Source: Chiloscyllium plagiosum (lineage: Eukaryota). Taken from it: a stretch of DNA of 64,000 nucleotides. The stretch is taken from contig NC_057720.1 of assembly GCF_004010195.1 (NCBI RefSeq), positions 24,764,901 through 24,828,900 of the forward strand, read 5' to 3'. The notes beneath the pieces are model-generated. The model had not been told where the DNA came from and did not search any database. It saw only the letters and a list, made by a program, of their open reading frames with translations. The position numbers and the translations under genes are program-made. Positions within the stretch are counted from its first letter, which is position 1; each line of letters opens with the position of its first letter. Shown one piece after another: positions 1 through 14,268 of this stretch.

Positions 1-1920
1 AAGATGTGAAAGGTCACACCTGCACACACACACCATGGGTGCTGGGGATAAAATAAGCATTACCACACTTAGGTGGTAGTGTGGGGGCTAAAAAAGAAAG
101 GGGGAAAAAAAAATAAAATAAAATCATGTCAATACCATGGAGAAAAAAAAAATGTGAAAGGCATTATATAATGAATGCATGGTTACGGGGATAGGGGAGT
201 GGATCCGGGTGGGATGCTGTTTAGAGGGTTGGTGTGGACTTGATGGGCTGAATTGCCTGCTTCCACACTGTAGGGAGCCAATGAACAGCCTTTAAAGTGT
301 TAATTGTGATCTGTCTCTGAATCACTTGTACCTGGCTGTACATAATGTTAGTATATCCAAGTAACATCTTGCTATTTTATTCAGAACCAATAAAGGAAAA
401 CTATTCAGGGATTCAAAATATCACCCAGTTAGTGGAAGCTGTTGCTTTATTTACTATGTTCAGTGTCTGAGTATCTGTGCGCTGCCAAACATAAAGTCAC
501 CCAACTTAGTGAGTTTCCATTTAGTACCTTGCTGCCTCACCCAGCTAACTTGGGCTGGTTAAATAACACCCGTTTAGGCGTTCAAAGGCTGAGCATTTTA
601 AACAGTTTAACTTTACTTTTGAGAAAGATGCCCAGCTTGCTAGCAGTCTGTTTTTTGATAAATTTATTTGTGCAATTGCTGCAGCTGCTCATTCCTCAAA
701 TTAACATAAAAACATTTTCAAGATTCAAATTCATGAAGAAAGTGCAAAGGTAGAGCAATATTCCCACCTGTTTCACCTCATCCTAACAGCTACATGTCAT
801 TCTGGAATGCATCACCAGCTCTGTCTTTCCTTGTGTAAAATACACAATTAGACATTTTTGTATATAGTAAACAAGTACATTAGCATTAATCAATATGTAA
901 TGTATTACTAGCTATCAATCACTAGCTATGCAGAATCGGTAACTCACTACTTGCTGAATATTCTCTTGTTGTTAAAATGTACTGTGATAATCTGTAATAT
1001 TTTAGAAACATGTATCCCTATATGGACTCTGCAATCCATTGAATTCCATCCTCCATAATAATATACTGCAAACTACATATTTCCCTTTTATAACATACAA
1101 ATAGCTTCAAGTAATTTCATCCATTTTGAACTGGAGAATATGTGTGAAATTTTCTGAGGGTAAGAGTCTGGGTGGGTTGCTACTCGACTCCTTCAGGGCT
1201 TCTTCCAAAATGCAGAGTGTGCCTTCATTGGTAAACCCCTCTTAGTATAGAGTAAACAGGGCTCCACAGAAACCACAGCCCTGTTTTCCTGGCAGTCATT
1301 TGCCTTATTCTGAAATACATTGCCCCACCCTCACAACCACTTTGACAGTTACTGTGAAACAGTAAGTGCAGAAGGTAAATCTGTGGGCAAGGATAGGGTT
1401 CCAGCTGGATAGGATGCCAAGTGAGTAGGAGGTAAGGAGGTGGATGCAGCATCAGGGGAGAAGCGGGAGTGTTCAAATCCCAGCATATTGTGCCCTGGGC
1501 ATGGAAGGGGCTGTCAGGTCCAGTGGAGGGGTGTTAGTGTGTTCCAGGCATTAGGGGGTGGGGCTGCTGGGTGGGTTTGTTGGGTTCAGGCGCATAGGAG
1601 AGTGTCTATTCAGGGTCTAGGGTGGGTGAAAGCAGCCTGGGGGAATAATGAGGTAATGAGTTGTGAGGTGTGATGTAATGAGGTATGGGTCAGGGTGGGG
1701 CGTGCTCAGTTGAATAGTTACTCAACAGTTCGACCAGCTATTTAATAGTCAAACATTTCCTAAGTAACTATTTACTTAACTGTGGTGGAACCCTCTAGTA
1801 TGCTTTGATTTAAATTGAGACTTTTGGAGGATTTCAGGAGTAGGAGAATTTCCCAGAGAGTTTTCAATTTCCTGGACAATTCTTTTGGGCTCTGCTCCAA
1901 CTGCAGAATCCCATCTACAT

Positions 1921-2214
1921 TTAGATTAGATTACTTACAGCGTGGAAACAGGCCCTTCGGCCTAACAAGTCCACACCGACCCTCCAAAGAGCAACCCACC
2001 CAGACCCATTCCCCTACATTTACCCCTTTACCTAACACTACGGCCAATTTAGCATGGCCAATTTTCACCTAACCTGCACATTTTTTTTGGACTTTTGGAG
2101 GAAACCCACTCAGACACGGGGAGAACATGCAAACTCCACACAAACAGTTGCCTGAGGTGGGAATTGAACCCGGGTCTCTGGCACTGTGAGGCAGCAGTGC
2201 TAACCACTGTGCCA
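1921..2214 (-). mobile_element. HE1/V-SINE-like tRNA-derived SINE
   Basis: On the minus strand: A/B-box head GGCACAGTGGTTAGCACTGCTGCCTCACAG...GGTTCAATTCC, central TGTGGAGTTTGCA...GGGTTTCC, CR1-like tail. Confidence 0.85.
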
Positions 2215-2312
2215 AAATGCACAGAACTGATTATCCGGCCATTAGAAAATCTGGGCCTATGATTTAAGTTGCCTGATGTGGATAGCTACCTGATTTAAAA
2301 TTATGTTCACAG

Positions 2313-2441
2313 AGTGTAGCCCAAACACCTATGGACCAGAATGTAGGCTGAAGTGTCAGTGTCAAAATGGAGCATCATGTGATCGATTCCACGGCTGTAA
2401 ATGCCCAGTTGGATGGCATGGCCAATACTGTGAGAAATCAG
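2313..2441 (+). CDS. tie1: Tie1 exon, third EGF-like repeat ([43 protein letters not shown])
   Basis: cacag| acceptor, G|gtacga donor, 129 bp, 8-Cys EGF pattern. Confidence 0.93.
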
Positions 2442-3328
2442 GTACGAGACACTGTGATTTCACTTCTGAATGTGTATTGTTGCATGCATGTACGTTTTTT
2501 GGAGTAGGGACCAGTGTTTACTTTCCTCAGACGAATGGTTGCTAGTTCAAAAGAAAGCACCAATTTAAAAGGGGCTTTCATTCGTGTATTATCAAGCAGG
2601 ATGCAACATTTTGCATCATTCAAATTATTGTGTTTCATGAGCTGTGCTCACCATGCTATGATTTACTCTAGCATAATTTGTAAAAAGTAAACTCAGTATT
2701 ACTTATTTGAATGCCAAAATTAACATTCTGCTACAAAATAAGCCCTGCATTAAAGCAGCTGTCAAATTATTTGGTTGATTTCATGCAAAGCCTGCTTTAT
2801 TATTTTAATTTGGTACGTGTGGATCAAAAAATATAGGAATATGCACACTGGCCCTAGCAGAATCTAAAAATCTGGAAATAATATTTTACTATCAGACAGT
2901 TCCTAAACATTTGTTGAGTTCTTTAGCAAAGAAAACTGCAGTTTCATACAGTCTGCCTTATGTATAAATTTAATCCTATATCGTCTTTGTTGATTCTTAA
3001 TCAACTTGTGATGTGACGTTGTAAGCTATTTACTTGTGTCAAAATACTCATGTAGAAGATCCATTAATACCAAAGCAACTAAGATTGGACACACAATACC
3101 AGTTTTGCCAGAAAATCCAAGATCTCAAGAACAAAAGGGTTGTAACAATACTGGAGACGGTAATATTGATGGTTGTAGCAGTATAGGGATTTTGGAGTTA
3201 CTAATAACATTGAAGATGAGGGTCTGGATGATAATGTATTGTACATTTAAAACACTTGTGTACTTATTAAGCTAAATAGTAATACATTTTAATAAAAGTT
3301 AGTAATATGTATATTTTTTTCCCTTAAG

Positions 3329-3474
3329 ATCACATCCCAAAGATCGTTGACACATTTACAGAAGTTGAACTGAACCTTAACTCAAGCCCAGTAATGAAAT
3401 GCTCTGCCTCAGCAAAACCACTGCCCAGTAACAAGGAAATTCAGATCCGTAAACCTAATGGAGCAATTTTGAAG
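3329..3474 (+). CDS. tie1: Tie1 exon, Ig-like domain first half (DHIPKIVDTFTEVELNLNSSPVMKCSASAKPLPSNKEIQIRKPNGAILK)
   Basis: Polypyrimidine tract plus taag|, AAG|gtgaat donor, 146 bp, in frame with neighbours. Confidence 0.9.
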
Positions 3475-4690
3475 GTGAATCTCACAAGAGATATTTCTCT
3501 AACTTACAGACTTTACCAATCTAAGCTTAAAAACTTGAACTGCAGACCAAGAGTTTGTGATCAACAATTGTTTGTATTGTTATGATCAATGATTAAGAGC
3601 ATTATTCCAAACTTTTGCCATTAACAGTATTTCCTACATTTTTACTATTATATAGAATTAAATGGAATTTTGGAATCTTTTATAGTGGTAGTGCCCCTAC
3701 CCCTGGGCCAGGAGGCGTGGGTTCAAGTGTCACCTGTTCCAGAGGTTTGTAATATTATCCCTGAACAGGTGGATTAGAAAATACCTTAAATGGAGTTTTG
3801 CAGCACAGAAAGAAGTCCAATGAGTCCATGTTAGTGTTGATGTTCTGCAGTTTATTTTATGTCACTGCATCATTGCATCTATGACTATTCAGGACTATTG
3901 AGATATGCACGCGACAGCATGATCACAGGAAGAGAAAGAAGCTATAGATACTCAGCCATGGTTGCCGAGGAAGAGAACTTTTGAATTATATAAATCGAAT
4001 CATAACCATAGCAGGGGCTGGATGCCAGTGATCTACACAGAGAGTAACGTGATTGTTAGGGAAAGATCTGTGATCGATGCAAGCAGCAACATATTGGGGA
4101 ATGATCTGTGAGCCACAAACATACGAGTACAATCCCTGGATGAGATGCAGAATAGCTATGCACTGAGTCAATTGATGATAAAGTGAAACAGAAGAATCGT
4201 ACGCACTATAATATGATGAAAGTTGAGATGGTACATTGCAGTTAGATTTGCAGTGGCCTCGTTTGATGATAAACACAATTTGAACTATGAACACTGTACA
4301 TGTGGTGTAATTACATCATCGGTCCTCAGCAGTGGAGAAATAGTTTAAATAGTTCAATGATGTATATCAAATTTGAACGTATCTTTTCTAGGCATTCAAA
4401 TGTTATTTGATCATTAATTTACTTACTGTCATTGGTAAGATTCCATAACATTACAATCTGTATAAATAGCAATGATCAAAAAAGCACAGCCGTCGTGGAC
4501 ACCCTGAGCTCAGGAAAGTTGGCGTGTGGCATTTTACATTCCTCTCATTATAGAATTGTGCAATGATTCTATAACAACGTCTGTTCATATACCACCTCCA
4601 ACATCATATAACATCCCAAAGAGCGACAAAAGTACTAAATAAACTTTGACGGTGAGCCACATAGGAGATATTACATCAGATAGCCAAAAT

Positions 4691-4960
4691 GGTGGCACAG
4701 TGGTTAGCACTGCTGCCTCACAGCACCAGAGACCCGGGTTCAATTCCTGCCTCTGGCGACTCTCTGTGTGGAGTTTGCACATTCTTCCCATATCTGCGTG
4801 GGTTTGCTCCGGTTTCCTCCCACAATCCAAAAATGTGCAGGTCAGGTGAACTGGCCATGCTAAATTGCCCATAGTGTTAGGTGGAGGGGAATGGGTTGCG
4901 GGTTGGTGTGGACTTGTTGGGCCAAAGGACCTGTTTCCACACTGTAAGTAATTAATCTAA
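4691..4960 (+). mobile_element. HE1/V-SINE-like SINE
   Basis: Same head, core and tail as the other copies. Confidence 0.85.
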
Positions 4961-7359
4961 AAAAAAGTGGTCAAAAAGGTATGTTTTAAGGAGCATTTTT
5001 AAGGAAGGAGGAGAGGTGAAATGGTTGAGAAGTGTAGGGTGGTGATTCAAGAACTTTGGACCTTAACATTTGAAGGCTTGTGTCCAATAGTGAAACAATT
5101 TAAATACAAGAGGGGAGAACTAGAATAACCCTGAATATTGCAATGATTTGTAGGGCTGGAGCAGGTTACAGAGAGAGGAAATTGTAAGATTATGGATTGA
5201 TTTCAAAACCAGGGTGAGAATTTTAAAATTGAAGCTTTGCTTAACTAGGAAGCGTTGTGGATAAGCAAACAGAGGGGAGATGTAGGACACATACATCAGG
5301 TTTTTGATGACCCCTAATTGACAGAGACAAAAACATGGAGGCTGATCAGAGGGAGAGTGGAATAGTTAAATCTGTACAAAGGGATGGATGAGGGTGCAGC
5401 GCAGAAGGAGGCCGTTCAATCCATTGTGCCAGTGCTGGCTCCCTAGTTGTGTTATTAAACTTTTCCTCACTCATCCATTCTTCATCCTCAAAAACCATGC
5501 ATGCAGATTATAATGTTTAAATCCAAGTTTAGGCTATATCTACAGAGATCCTTTTGAGCTCAGCAACACTAGAGTGAATCACTGGTGCAGTGAAAACATT
5601 AAGATGATAAATTAAAAGCAAGATCTGAAAGCCCATTCTCCTGCATGTATCATACAAACAGCACCTCAGAAATGTCATCTTTCAGATTAGCTGCACTTGA
5701 ACTGGATGGACCTGAAGCAAGTACACCAGTGTAAGTGCCGGGAGAATTAATGTCAGGTACTTTTGCAAGCAGATAACTTACAATACCAACAGGTGGACGT
5801 CAGGGATTAACTGCTTGCAGAATTCCTTCAGTGCTTATTATTGATGTTCCTGCATTGCTCTGAATAATGGAGACCACACTCAGTAAATTTTCGCCTTTGT
5901 CCTTGTTAGCATGCATTCAATGGTTGAGCAGAAACCATTGTATCTTGTAAGGGAAAGTTGATGGCTGAAGTAAAAGAAGTAAAGGATTCGGCAGAGACAA
6001 CACAGCAGTGAGATTAACTTTAGTAAGTCAGCACAGACAAATTCGGCCAAATGGCCTCCCTTTGCAGTTCCAAATGAGGCTCCACCACCTTTCCATCCAA
6101 AGTCCGTTGAATTGTCATCATCTTAGGAATGTGGGATTCAAAACTTTATGCAAACTAGTAAGATTAAGCAAGATGTGTATCATTGATTCAGACATGGATA
6201 TTTGAAGGTGACTATTACTATTCTTTACCAGAATGTGGTCACATATAAATCATGCCCAGGTCCAGCAAAATAAAAGTCTTTCAAGTTCTCTCATTGTTGT
6301 TTAATGTGCTTGTTTATTTAAGGAAGTTGCTACCTGTTGTGTTTAATGGTTTTCTATATGTTTAGCCATGTAGCATATACCTGCGTAGCATTTGCAGGTC
6401 AGTAGGTTCAGTTGGCTGGATAGCTGGTTTGCAATGCAGAGTAAATACCAACAGAGCAGGTTCAATTCTCATACTAACATTCTCAAACTTGCCTCTCCAC
6501 ATCTGAACTGTGATGACACTCAGATTAAACTCAACACCAATCATTTCTCTTATGAGAGAGCATAGTCGGACTATGGTGATTTTACCATCACCTTACATAC
6601 CACAGAGGTTTGTATTGAGCCATATCCAGAGGTTTATTAACAACTAAGTATATGCACTAATCTGACATCTCAGATGTACATATTTGGCCTGGACTATCTG
6701 TTCACTTAGAATGCTGTTGTATTATATATGTTTTTATATATCCTGACTAGCAGTCTGGGCAGTTGACTGAATGCCTGACGGCTGAATTTGCAGACAGGTG
6801 GAGTTCCCTTCTGTTAGAGCATCACATGTTGAGTGTCAATTCGCTGTCTTAAAGCGGTAATGCCTTTTGCGATCTTTGCAATAGTGCAACTCTATCTTTA
6901 AGTCAGAATTGCTTCTAATCTTCCTGAGCCCACACCCAATGGCGCATCTCTTGACATGCCTTAACTGTGTAAGTATTTGGGTGCTAACTTCTTTGTAAGC
7001 AACCAGCATTGTTTTTCCATTCAAGTGCACATTAATGCAGTCCCCTGGCAAATTTCTATCTGATGCTTTTCTCTCTGATGCTTCCTTAATGGAGGGAGCA
7101 AGAATTCACAGTAGCACGGCTGGATCCTAGTCTATTGAAAACAGTGAGTTCTGAGGGTATCTTCTAGTGCAGATAAAGAGTGGATGCTGTGTCACTGTAT
7201 GGAATTCCTTATCATTTTATAGAATGGGGATCTATTACCATGTTATTGTATGCAGGTCCATTTTTCAGATAAACATGCATAAAGATTAATCAATTATTGT
7301 CATATTTTCAGTGAAAAGTCTGAAATTAATTGCATTGTATTTTGTATTTTCATTCACAG

Positions 7360-7504
7360 GCAACCAAATCCATCATGCAAGGGAATTTAACCACTTCAGA
7401 ATTCAAATTGCCACAGATAAGTTTGTTGGATGCGGGGGTCTGGGAGTGTAGAGTCAGCACATCCACTGGCACTGACTCGAGGAGATTCAAAATCATTGTG
7501 AAAG
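7360..7504 (+). CDS. tie1: Tie1 exon, Ig-like domain second half (ATKSIMQGNLTTSEFKLPQISLLDAGVWECRVSTSTGTDSRRFKIIVK)
   Basis: cacag| and G|gtagga; Ig DxGxWxC motif; 145 bp. Confidence 0.93.
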
Positions 7505-7862
7505 GTAGGAGACTTTGAAAGCTTAATACTTTGGGCTGAGATTTTCACATTTGAGTTGATGTGTGGAATCTTTTAAAATCTAACTGTACATAGTATTATT
7601 GTGGACTGAATTATTGTTCTGGGGTCCAGATCATTCCTGTATCCCAACCCCAAATGGTGCCAGGGTGACATGGTAGTTGAATTCCAGACCAAGTAGTGGT
7701 CAAAGGTTGCCCTCACCATCCAGTTAAGGAGGTCCTGAGCACTGAGAGCACCACACGGGGGGGCCATGGGTTAGGGGAGAGACAGAGTGGGAGGTGAAGG
7801 TGTTGGACACATCTGCTGAACAGAAAGTTCCAGTCAGAAGAGGAACCTGAATAAGCCTAGTT

Positions 7863-8193
7863 CATAGAATCCCTACAGTGTGGAAACAAGCCATTCGGCC
7901 CAACAAGTCCACACCGACCCTCTGTAAATTTCCCACCCAGACCCATTACTCCACCCCTATCACTCTACATTTCCCCTGACTAATGCACCTAACCTATGGG
8001 TAATTTAGCATTGCCAATTCACCTAACCTGCACATATTTGGACTGTGGGAGGAAACTAAAGCACGCAGAGGAAACCCACACAGACACGGGGGGATTGTGC
8101 AAACTCCACATAAGACAGTCGCCCGAGGTTGGAATCAAACCCGGGTCCCTGGCACTGTGAGGCAACAGTGCTACCCACTGACCCACTGTGCCA
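7863..8193 (-). mobile_element. HE1/V-SINE-like SINE
   Basis: Same family motifs on the minus strand. Confidence 0.85.
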
Positions 8194-8829
8194 CGTGATT
8201 GTCTACATGCTGGGGTGCCATTTCATCTAGGAACCAGCATGTTCCATAATGGCCTAGATACAGAATGCACCAGAAACAAGCACACCACCAACAAATAGAA
8301 CCTTTGCCCTGAACTTCAGATCAAGGGCAGCACATACATGGGGGCACCACCTTCGGCATATTTCCCTCCAAGCTACTCACCCTCCTGACTTGAAATCCTA
8401 GAATACCCTCTCTAAAGGCATTATGACTGTGTCAACATGAAAGTCACTGCAGTGACTACCTTCTCAAGTGCAACTAGGGGTGGACAATAAACACTGGCCC
8501 AGCCAGCCATTCCCATATCCCATGAGTGAATGTATATCAATCTGACTGAGATACTGAAAATGTCTTCCCTTTGAAGATTTGAACTGAAAAAAATTTAACC
8601 AAATCTCGTCCAAATCTGGCGTGAGTTGAAAATTATTCATCATTAACCAATATGGCATTATTATCTTTCCTCTGTAAATGGATATACTTTTTCAAAGTTT
8701 TACTTCTTTTGGACAACTATTTTTGAGATGTCATTTATGGATTTACCTTTTGACACAGTGTTTTGGATTGTACTGATGGATCATTTGTAAGGTTTAATTT
8801 CAAGAAACTAATGCCAATTTTCTTTTCAG

Positions 8830-8991
8830 AACCTCCTGTCCCAATAAGCATACCAAGACTCCTGGAAAAGAAAAGCAAGCAACTAAAAGTGGATCCAAAC
8901 AGCGTGAACTTCACTGGAGATGGGCCGGTGAAATCTGTGAAACTGCTCTATAAGCCAAATGACAGTGGGGCGCAGTGGTCTTCAATAGTAG
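8830..8991 (+). CDS. tie1: Tie1 exon, FNIII-A first half (EPPVPISIPRLLEKKSKQLKVDPNSVNFTGDGPVKSVKLLYKPNDSGAQWSSIV)
   Basis: ttttcag| and G|gtaaat; FxGDGP motif of Tie FN1; 162 bp. Confidence 0.93.
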
Positions 8992-8999
8992 GTAAATAA

Positions 9000-9722
9000 A
9001 GTCACAGAGTCATAGAGATGTGCAGCACGGAAACAGATTCTTTGGTCGAACTCATCCATGCTGACCAGATGTCCCAATCCAATCTCGTCCCACCTGCCAG
9101 CACTCGGCCCATATCCTTCCAATCCCTTCCTATTCATATACCCATCTAGATACCTTTTAAATGTCGTAATTGTATTAGCCTCCACCACTTCCTCTGGCAG
9201 CCCATTCCACACAGGCACCATCCACTGCGTGAAAATGTTGCTCCTTATGTCTCTTTTATATCTTTCCCCTCTCACCCTAAGCTTATGCCCTCTAGTTCTG
9301 GACTCCCCGACCCAAGGGAAAAGACCTTGTCTATTTATCCTATCCATGCCTCTCATAATTTTATAAACCTCTATAAAGTCACCCCTCAGCTTCCAACGCT
9401 CCAGGGAAAACAGCCCCAGCCTATTCAACCTCTCCCTATAGCTCAAATCCTCCAACCCTGGCAACATCCTTGTAAATCTTTTCTGAACCCTTTTAAGTTT
9501 CACAATCACAACCTTCCGATAGGAAGGAGACCAAAATTGCATGCAATATTCCAAAAGTGGCATAACCAATGTCCTGTACAGCCTCAGCATGACCTCCCAA
9601 CACCTGTACTCAATACTCAGACCAATAAAGGAAAGCATACCAAATGCCTTCTTCACTATCCTATCGACTTGCGACTCTACTTTGAACCTGCACTCCAAGG
9701 TCTCTTTGTTCAGCAACACTTC
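9000..9722 (-). mobile_element. 5'-truncated CR1-type LINE (RT C-terminus plus 3' UTR)
   Basis: ORF 8982..9719(-) LYRTLVMPLLEYCMQFWSP...LKRVQKRFTRMLPGL; tail with CTCTATGA repeats. Confidence 0.92.
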
Positions 9723-10291
9723 CTCGGACTTTATGGATAATACTGCTATTCAAAAAGAGCAATTACGGTTAGATGGTAATGCAAATCATTGAGAACTGTG
9801 TCTCTAATTATGAGGATGGTTTTCCACAAGTCAATTTTCTTTTGACCCAAAAATCATGGAAAATTGTATTAACAGAGAAAACACATGAAGAGTCCTCTCT
9901 TGGTCTGCTTCAAGTTTGCAACTAACTCTGCCTTAGAATTTTCTGAGACCAAGTATTTCTATTTCTGGTGCTAGATGGTGCAAGTTCTGCCTGAGTGATA
10001 ATGTGTTAAAATCACTTTAATTCCATAGGTCTTTATATATTATGCATAATGGATATATATATATCTTTATTCACAGATCTGGATAAATAATTAGGTAAGT
10101 GAAGAGGGCGTACAAACAATGTGCAAGAAATTTGGGTTGTAAATGCATGTTAACATGTTGGGACTAATGGGAGTGTCTGCATACACTGAAACTCTGCCAA
10201 AGTCAGACCACTTCAGCCTGCAGATGTGCATATGCAGGTGGTAAGTGGCTCCAATCATGGCTGGACAGTACCCTCCCAACAGCTCTTCACT

Positions 10292-10790
10292 GAGAGTCAC
10301 AGAGTCATACAGCACAGAAACAGACCCTCCAATCCAACTCATCCATGCCAATCTCTTACAAGTGCATTGATATAGGAACAGGAGTAGGTCATTCAGCCCT
10401 TCCAGCCTGCTCCGCCATTCAATATGATCATGACTGACCATCTATCTCAACACCTTGATCCTGCTTTCTCTCCATATCCTTTGATATCTGTAGCCCTAAC
10501 AGCTACATCTATTTCCTTCTTGAAAACATTCAATGTTTTAACCTCAACTTCTTTCTGTGGCAGAGATTTCCACTCTTTCATTGAAGAAATTTCTCCTCAT
10601 TTCTATCCTAAAAGGCTGATCCTTACCTTTAGTTTGTGACCCCTAGTTTTGGACTTGCTCGTCATTGAGAACATCCTTTCTGCATCTAACCTGTCTAATT
10701 CTGTTAGAATTTTATGGATTTCTGTGGGAACCCTCTCTCATTCTCCTAAAGTCGTGAAGATACTCATAACAGATTCATTCTCTCCCTATG
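10292..10790 (-). mobile_element. Nested degenerate CR1 3' fragments
   Basis: GAGTCACAGAGTCATACAG tail followed by a second CR1-type 3' UTR. Confidence 0.6.
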
Positions 10791-11012
10791 TAGATGTGTG
10801 GTATTCACCTTGAGGGAGCCCAGTGATGTCCTAATAGTGCTCTACACATTATTGAACTGGTCTGGCACAGTTTGTGTGTCATTTGAGTACAATCTGCTAG
10901 TCTTATGTATATTAAAACACTTACATGTACAGATTGACAGCAATTATTACTGAAGTATAATGTAATAACACCTTGACTGGAATTAAGAAATGTTTTGTCT
11001 CCATTATTTCAG

Positions 11013-11150
11013 TTGATAATAATGAGCCAATCACACTGATGAATTTGAAACCTTCAACAAGCTATCTGGTTCGGGTACAGCTCACTCGTCCCGGAGACGG
11101 AGGAGAGGGGCCCCCAGGTCCCGATGCTATCTTGGAAACGGATTGTCCAG
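11013..11150 (+). CDS. tie1: Tie1 exon, FNIII-A second half (VDNNEPITLMNLKPSTSYLVRVQLTRPGDGGEGPPGPDAILETDCP)
   Basis: tttcag| and CAG|gtatgt; 138 bp. Confidence 0.94.
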
Positions 11151-12136
11151 GTATGTTTTTAGATATGTTTATTTGATTGATGGAGCTGTTACCAACATGC
11201 TTCGTGAACTAAAATTTCTCGAGGCAAATTCTTGCATATGCACAGCACACAGTGACTGAAAGGTCTTGTGACACAGTGAGTAGTATCCCTGCCTCTAAGC
11301 CAGAACCTTAAGTTGAGACCCAACCCAAGACTTGATGGCCAAGGGAGGTGCATTCATAATGCAATCAAATATGTTATTCTTCTGATGTACACCAATGGCA
11401 GACACTAAGAATAGGAGAGATTCATGGTTAGAAATATGGTAGAAAGATTATCAGTGTCTACCATCACAATCCATCGCTCCAGTCAACAGCATTTGTGTAC
11501 ACATTGTCACTTTCTGAGCGATCTGTAAAAGTACCACATGGCAAAATGGACAGGTAAGTCACACTGAATGCTGTGCGAGTGTTTTATGCTTTAGAAATAA
11601 GCTTTGTTCATGTTCCTGTTGTAGAGTCTTTGTTCCAGGAAAAGTACCTTTGAAATTCAATGAGTGAATTATTGATGTAAGCTCTGTCCAGCTCATCCCT
11701 TGGTATCATTCCTGAATATGATGCTTTTCAGTAAGTTATGGGGTTTGAATATCTCCATGCCAACTCCTGTTCATAAAGCTAAATGTCCATCCCAGCAAAG
11801 GAGACCATACTTAAGACAAACACAGAGAATGCTGGAAAAACTACAGTTTAGCAGCATCTGTGGAGCACACCTCTCTCTTGCCAGACCTGCTGAGTTTCTC
11901 AAGCATTGAATGGTGAATAACTTGTAGTTATTAATGGATATGGTTGTACTAATTAGCATGTCTCCTATAAAGATGACACTTATCCACAAGATTAATTTTG
12001 CATTGTTTGTACTGCATAACACATGTAAATATCTTTGTTATCAGTCTATTGGAAGTGCTGCTTTGCGGCTTTGCTTGTTGTATCCCATCCTCCATGGTAA
12101 TGCACCAGAATTCAGTTCCTTTCCTTTTTTTGTCAG

Positions 12137-12424
12137 AACCCACTATGGTGGCAAAGATTGACCGGGCTTTGGCCGAGGGTAGGGACACCATCTCAGTCAG
12201 CTGGAACGTCTCCAAAGATCATGAGCCTGGAACTGGGTTTGTTGTCCGAGTCACTGGCTCTGGAAATTCTATTAAGAAAGAGGTTCGAGTGCAGCCCCTG
12301 TCAGTCCGGTCAACACAGATAACAAATCTACAACCTGGACAAGCGTACAAGGTGGACGTCATGGTATACCATTGTGACAGTCTTGGGCCACCATCTGAGT
12401 CAGTCATGGTGGAAGTAGATGCAG
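12137..12424 (+). CDS. tie1: Tie1 exon, FNIII-B (EPTMVAKIDRALAEGRDTISVSW...LQPGQAYKVDVMVYHCDSLGPPSESVMVEVDA)
   Basis: tgtcag| and CAG|gtaatg; 288 bp; YHCxxLGP motif as in TIE1 FN2. Confidence 0.93.
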
Positions 12425-13933
12425 GTAATGTAGGACATTAAACAGGTTTTTAGGTTTTTTTCCATACAATTGAACCTGGAAAGTAAATTGATTTGAATTG
12501 AATTAAATTTATTGTCATGTGTACCGAGGCACAGTGAAAAGCTTTATTTTGCGAGCAATACAGCAGACCACATAGTTAAGTAGCGTTTCCAGTTGTTTTT
12601 CACCAATTGGGATCTATAATCTTCTATATGAAAGATCTTTTTAAAAATTTTAATAATGATATGAAGTTACTGAATAAAAGCACTTTTATCTTACTGTCTG
12701 AGACAGATGAATGAGACGGATTTTCTTTCTCCTGCTCACTCCCCATATCTCTTGATTCCCCGCAAGTTCAAGAATCTACCAAACAAAGTCTTAAATGTGT
12801 TCAACAGTGGAACATCCATCACCCTCTGCGGTGAACATTCTCAAAGACTTATAACTACCTGAATGAGGAAGGTTAATCTGATCTAGTTCTAAATAATCAC
12901 CCACTTATCCTCAATCCGTGTCACAACCCTCTCTCGTCAACACCACCACTATGTGTTTATGGACTCCCCTTCCATTCTAGGAAGATAACCTCACACTGTC
13001 TACCCCTATTCTGCTCAACCTGAAATGTTAATTCTGATTTTTCTCCACAGATGCTACTAGATCTGCTGAGCTTTTCCAGCAATTTCTGTTTTTGTCTCAC
13101 ACTATCCATCCCTGTGAAGCCTCTTTAACAGCTTGTATGTTTCAATGAGATCACCTTTCATTCTTCTAAACTCCAAAGAGTATAGGCTAATTATTTAACC
13201 CTCTCATATAACCCTTTTATCCTAGGAACCAACCTGGTGAACTTTTCACTGCATTCCTTCCTTGTATATCCTTTGTTAGAAGTTCAACTATTAGCCAATC
13301 TATCTAGAAAGATGACCTGTAAGATCATATTTGTTCTCAAACACCTATAATTTAGCGGCTTTGATTTGATTTGATTTATTATTATCACATGTACTGAGAT
13401 ACAGTAACACCATTGTTCCAGGAGGCAGCTCACCACCTCCCCAAGGACAACTAGAGATAGCAATTGAATGCTGACCCCACTACAATGACCATTTCCCATG
13501 AATAAATAATTTTAAAAAGTTATTGTTTGATCAGAGTTGCTGATGTGAGGGTGGATAGGTGCTCTTAGCCTGCCCGGAGCATGGTCCCACACCCACGCTT
13601 CATTTATTCCACTCTATTGTGGGAGGCCCCTTCTGTACATAGACCATCCCCTGCCTCTTGCAGGAACATACAGCCTGACTGAATAAAGTCATCTCAGTTG
13701 TTGGAGCTGCACTCATCTCGGAAAGTAGAGAGCACAACATCACACTCCTGACTTGTATGTTGGTGATAGTGGACATGCTATGGGGAGTCAGGAGATGCAG
13801 AATAAGCTTCTGATCTGTTATAGTTACAACCTAGATGTGTGTGGTTCAGTTAAGCTTCTGAACAATGGTAAACCTCAGCGTGTTAATGATTGGAGATTTA
13901 ATATTAGCTTCGCCATTGCATGTCAAGGGGAAG

Positions 13934-13944
13934 ATATATATATA

Positions 13945-13984
<40 letters not shown>

Positions 13985-14006
13985 CAGACAGAAAGACAGA
14001 AAGAAA
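13934..14006. repeat. Compound microsatellite (AT)n(AGAT)n(AGAC/AGAA)n
   Basis: Direct reading. Confidence 0.9.
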
Positions 14007-14013
14007 GGATCCC

Positions 14014-14268
14014 ACTCAGACCCATTCCCCTACTATCTTATATGTATCCCTGACTAATGCACCGAACCTACACATCCCTTTACACGTACGGGCAATGTGG
14101 CATGGCCAATTCACCCAACCTGACCATCTTTGGATTGTGGGAGGAAACCCATGCAGATACAGGGAGAACATACAAACTCCACACAGGCAGCCACCCGAGG
14201 CTGGAATCAAGCCCACGTTCCTCACTCTGTGAGGCAGCAATGCTGAGCACTGAGCCACTGTGCCACCC
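14014..14268 (-). mobile_element. HE1/V-SINE-like SINE
   Basis: Family motifs on the minus strand. Confidence 0.8.

Noticed and set aside
4691..4760. tRNA gene
   Set aside because: It is a tRNA-like SINE head continuing into the SINE core and tail, with many diverged copies in the window.
8982..9719. 245-aa ORF as a host gene
   Set aside because: It is the C-terminal part of a CR1 reverse transcriptase ORF; similar copies recur at 21338, 36815, 37700 and 43020.
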